Assembly (NCBI GenBank): GCA_052386775.1
Contig: JBQTJV010000044.1
Coordinates: 1 to 58,660 of the forward strand
Length of the DNA stretch: 58,660 bases
Direction: 5' to 3'
DNA from: Betaproteobacteria bacterium
Lineage (GTDB): Bacteria; Pseudomonadota; Gammaproteobacteria; Burkholderiales; SG8-41
The position numbers were made by a program, and so were the translations under genes. Below the pieces are notes generated by a model. It saw only the letters and a list, made by a program, of their open reading frames with translations. It searched no databases and was not told the origin of the DNA. Below, piece by piece: positions 55,695-58,660 of this stretch (the first letter of the stretch is position 1; each line of letters starts with the position of its first letter).

Positions 55695-56192
55695 TTAAGG
55701 CGCGACCGTTCCGGCCTTCTGCGGCGCTTTCCCTTCGAGTTCCTCTTCGATGCTGCCGTAGCGCGAATACGGATTCGGCACCGATTTCCGATACTCGTCT
55801 TCCGGAACGTTGCAGTAGACCTCGAGCCGGTTGCCGTCGGGATCGAAGAAGTAGACGCTTTTCGTGACGCCGTGGAAGGTGGTGTACTCGATGCGCACGC
55901 CCTTGTCCTTGAAGCGCTGGTAGGCCTCCTGCAACTCGGCGAAACTGCCCAGCTCGAACGAGACGTGCTGCATGCCGATGTGGTCCGGCGTCGGCGTGGG
56001 CGCGCCTTCCTTTCCCGGCGTCAGCGCGAGCATGTGATGGTTGTCCTCGCGATCGGTACTGAAGAACACCATCCCGCGCTCGTTGGTCGCAACGACCGGA
56101 AACCCCAGTATTTCTTCAAAAAAGCGCCTCGAGCGACTGACGTCTTTGACGCTCAATACGAGATGCCCCACCCTGCGGACTTTGAATGCCAT
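55695..56192 (-). CDS. VOC family protein (glyoxalase / extradiol dioxygenase-like)
   Basis: RVGHLVLSVKDVSRSRRFFEEILGF...HVSFEL...YFFDPDGNRLEV shows the paired beta-alpha-beta-beta-beta VOC motifs. Confidence 0.85.
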   Translation of the reverse strand: MAFKVRRVGHLVLSVKDVSRSRRFFEEILGFPVVATNERGMVFFSTDREDNHHMLALTPGKEGAPTPTPDHIGMQHVSFELGSFAELQEAYQRFKDKGVRIEYTTFHGVTKSVYFFDPDGNRLEVYCNVPEDEYRKSVPNPYSRYGSIEEELEGKAPQKAGTVAP

Positions 56193-56271
56193 AGGCCTCC
56201 TCCATATCCATGCCGAACTCCGCTGACTATATAACCCAAAGCGGACCGTTTATGCCAGCAGCCTCGCGTGG

Positions 56272-56691
56272 TCAGGACCGCGGCGAGAACGGCAGCGCCG
56301 AATCCAGTGTGCGAAACGGCACCGATACGAAGTCATAACCTTCGTGCGGCGTATGGGTAACCAGAAAGACCGCTTCGTCGGTTTTGCTGCGATTCGAGAC
56401 TTCGTGCCGCACGCCCGGCGGCATGCTGCAGAAACCGCCTGGCTTGAGCACCAGTGCGCCGTTTCCGTGCTGGCCCTCGAAGCGGATTTCCAGCTCTCCC
56501 TTGATCACGACAAAGTGGTCATAGACGCGGGAATGCAGGTGCGTCGGCACCCCGCTGCCCGGCTGGATCCGGTACACCACCGTCTGCGAAGACGCATCCT
56601 CCTGCAGCACCCCGCGCTCGGCGCCGGGTCGTCGTTCCTCCAGCTCGATCCTGGTGATATCGTCAATCGCGATGACAGGTTTCTGGCCCAT
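56272..56691 (-). CDS. cupin domain protein
   Basis: GSGVPTHLHSRVYDHFVVIKGEL...MPPGVRHEV shows cupin motifs 1 and 2. Confidence 0.8.
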   Translation of the reverse strand: MGQKPVIAIDDITRIELEERRPGAERGVLQEDASSQTVVYRIQPGSGVPTHLHSRVYDHFVVIKGELEIRFEGQHGNGALVLKPGGFCSMPPGVRHEVSNRSKTDEAVFLVTHTPHEGYDFVSVPFRTLDSALPFSPRS

Positions 56692-56954
56692 GGAAACGTC
56701 CTTGCCTGGTGCTAGCTGGCCGATAGCTGATTTCTGAAACAGCCTGCTGCGTGGTTACTCATATCCCGCGGAAGACATGCCGGGCCAAACCCGCCAGCCC
56801 GGCTCCGATATCGAGAACGCGATCCCGGGTCCCGATCCGACAGACTCGCCATACCTCTCGCGTCTTGGCAGCGCTCACGTGAGATCACGCACGATCGATT
56901 GAATACTAACAGGGGTAGCGTGGACTGTCGCGCAACCACGAAGGCTGATCCTTG

Positions 56955-58553
56955 TTACGCCTGCGCATCTTCCAGGATCATGTCGGCGCCTTTCTCGCCG
57001 ATCATGATGCAGGGGGCATTGGTGTTGCCGGACACGAGCGTCGGCATGATCGACGCATCGACCACGCGCAGGCCCCCGATGCCGCGCACGCGCAGGCGCT
57101 CGTCGACCACCGCATCGCCATCGCGCCCCATGCTGCAGGTGCCGACCGGGTGGTAGCTGATGCCGCCGCGCTCGCGCAGATATTGCAGCCACTCGTCGTC
57201 GTGAGCCGGCGGCCGCGCCGGCTCATGCAGGCGGGCGACGTAGCGGCGCATCGGCTCGGCATCGATCAGCCGCTGCGCGATCTTCATGCCCGCGACCAGG
57301 ATGTCGCAGTCCTTGCGCGTGGCGAGGTAATTGGGGCGGATCGCCGGAGGCGCGAGCGGATCGGCGCTCTTGATAAGCACCGTACCACGGCTCTCGGGCC
57401 GCAGCAGCCGCACCAGCAGTGAAAATCCCGAAAAAGGATGCAGCGTGGTGCCGATCTTCTCGGTGCTGTAGAGAATGAGCCCGATCTGCACGTCCGGGCG
57501 CGTTGCACCGTCAGTCGCGATGAACCCCGTCGCGCTGGATGCACCAAGGGTGAGGAAGCCCTTCCGCGTGAGGAAGTAGCGCAGCCCCTCGCGGAGCTTG
57601 CGCCAGGGGCTTGCGACCACATCGTTCAACGTGCACGCGCCTATGCACTCGTAGACGAGGCGCCCGTTGTAATGGTCCTGCAGGTTCGCGCCCACGCCCG
57701 GCATGTCGGCAACGACGGGAATCCCCAGCGCCTGCAGATGCGGCGCAGGCCCGAGCCCTGAAAGCTGCATCAATTGCGGCGAATTGAAGGCCCCCGCGGA
57801 GAGAATGACTTCGCCGCGCGCGTGAGCCGATTCGCGCGTGCCGCCGCGCAGGTATTCGATGCCCATCGCGCGCTTCCCGGAAAAAAGTATGCGGGTGGCG
57901 TGCGCGTCCGTCACGATGGAGAGATTGCTACGCTGCCGGGCGGGACGGAGATACCCGACCGCCGCGCTACAGCGGCGTCCCCGCCGCTGCGTCACCTGGT
58001 TGTAGCCGAAGCCCGCCTGCGTCTCACCGTTGCAATCGGGATTGCGGGGGTAGCCGCACGCTTCGGCGGCGCTCAGGAACGCGTCGCACAGCGGATGCGG
58101 CTCCGATACGTCAGAAACGCACAGCGGCCCGCCGATTCCGTGGTACTCGTTCGCCCAGCGCTGGTTGTCCTCGGCCTTGCGGAAGTACGGCAGCACCTCC
58201 GCGTAGCCCCAGCCTGCGTTCCCGCGTTCACGCCAGTCATCGTAATCCTCGTGCTGGCCGCGCACGTACACCAGTCCGTTGATCGAGCTCGAGCCGCCGA
58301 GCACCTTGCCGCGCGGCTGGGCAATGTTGCGGCTTCCGGTTTTCTCATCGGGCTCGCTCTGGTAGAGCCAGTTCACCTTCGGGTTGGAAAAGTGCTTGCC
58401 ATAGCCAAGCGGAATGTGGATCCAGCGATCGTCGTCCTCGCCGCCCGCTTCGAGCAGGAGCACGCGATGGCGCCCCGATTCGGTCAGCCGGTTGGCGAGC
58501 ACGCAACCGGCGCTGCCCGCCCCCACCACGATGAAATCGAACTCCGGCGCCAT
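56955..58553 (-). CDS. GMC family oxidoreductase (choline dehydrogenase-like)
   Basis: FDFIVVGAGSAGCVLANRLTE FAD motif, GGSSSINGLVYVRG, and C-terminal HPVGTCSMG. Confidence 0.95.
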   Translation of the reverse strand: MAPEFDFIVVGAGSAGCVLANRLTESGRHRVLLLEAGGEDDDRWIHIPLGYGKHFSNPKVNWLYQSEPDEKTGSRNIAQPRGKVLGGSSSINGLVYVRGQHEDYDDWRERGNAGWGYAEVLPYFRKAEDNQRWANEYHGIGGPLCVSDVSEPHPLCDAFLSAAEACGYPRNPDCNGETQAGFGYNQVTQRRGRRCSAAVGYLRPARQRSNLSIVTDAHATRILFSGKRAMGIEYLRGGTRESAHARGEVILSAGAFNSPQLMQLSGLGPAPHLQALGIPVVADMPGVGANLQDHYNGRLVYECIGACTLNDVVASPWRKLREGLRYFLTRKGFLTLGASSATGFIATDGATRPDVQIGLILYSTEKIGTTLHPFSGFSLLVRLLRPESRGTVLIKSADPLAPPAIRPNYLATRKDCDILVAGMKIAQRLIDAEPMRRYVARLHEPARPPAHDDEWLQYLRERGGISYHPVGTCSMGRDGDAVVDERLRVRGIGGLRVVDASIMPTLVSGNTNAPCIMIGEKGADMILEDAQA

Positions 58554-58584
58554 CTCGTAACTGAAGACGGTCCCTCGCCGTCGC

Positions 58585-58660
58585 TCAGGCCGCGACAGCG
58601 TGCGCGGGCTCGCCGCACGTGAGCGTCGTGCGGCGCAGGTCGCGCGGATACTTGAGATCG
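58585..58660 (-). CDS. 3' end (last 24 codons plus stop) of an unidentified gene running in from beyond the window
   Basis: Open frame from the window edge (...DLKYPRDLRRTTLTCGEPAHAVAA*) ending at TGA (58585-58587), 31 nt upstream of the GMC start. Too short to classify. Confidence 0.3.
   Translation of the reverse strand, partial: DLKYPRDLRRTTLTCGEPAHAVAA

Noticed and set aside
56712-56939. 75-aa minus-strand ORF in the cupin-GMC spacer
   Set aside because: It has no Shine-Dalgarno sequence, a Arg/Ser-rich low-complexity translation and no family resemblance. It is probably non-coding promoter or UTR DNA.

Overview
High-GC proteobacterial chromosomal window (roughly two-thirds G+C by eye, not computed). 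Gene order and content suggest a Betaproteobacterium or Burkholderiales-like organism. This is an inference from odhA(sucA)-sucB-lpd-zapE, sdhCDAB-sdhE-gltA, a divergent mdh, and orphan Bug/TctC binding proteins. I support about 57 protein-coding genes. I recognised no rRNA, tRNA, CRISPR array, transposase or integrase. Layout: (i) 1-4.2 kb holds small orphan ORFs, a YgfX/CptA-like membrane protein, an orphan PAS histidine kinase and an unknown helical protein. (ii) 4.2-20.3 kb is a core TCA supercluster: zapE, lpdA, sucB, sucA, gltA, sdhE and sdhBADC on the minus strand, and mdh-prpC-prpD on the plus strand. Nearly every intergenic spacer here is occupied by one of three REP-like hairpin repeat families. 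(iii) 20-43 kb is a mixed accessory region. It contains a thioredoxin-fold protein, an LLM oxidoreductase, a TauE exporter, a DUF3095 cyclase-like protein with a membrane partner, a persulfide dioxygenase-rhodanese fusion, TauD, an Mla/MCE-type transporter, DUF1328 and YihY. It also contains a 2-oxoacid dehydrogenase E1alpha/E1beta...E2 operon that is physically split by nhaA and a P2-type cation ATPase. (iv) 43.2-49.5 kb is the most interesting locus. It is a tightly coupled six-gene operon: ComA-like phosphosulfolactate synthase, two ATP-grasp ligases, ComB-like phosphosulfolactate phosphatase, a CapA-like protein and a Tat-exported beta-propeller lactonase. I cannot assign it to any described pathway. 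(v) 49.5-58.7 kb holds an MXKDX pentapeptide-repeat secreted protein, VOC/GST/AKR detox-type genes, two Bug/TctC binding proteins and a small oxidoreductase set (ACAD-like, VOC, cupin, GMC). All family assignments rest on motifs read by eye from the translations and need HMM/BLAST confirmation.
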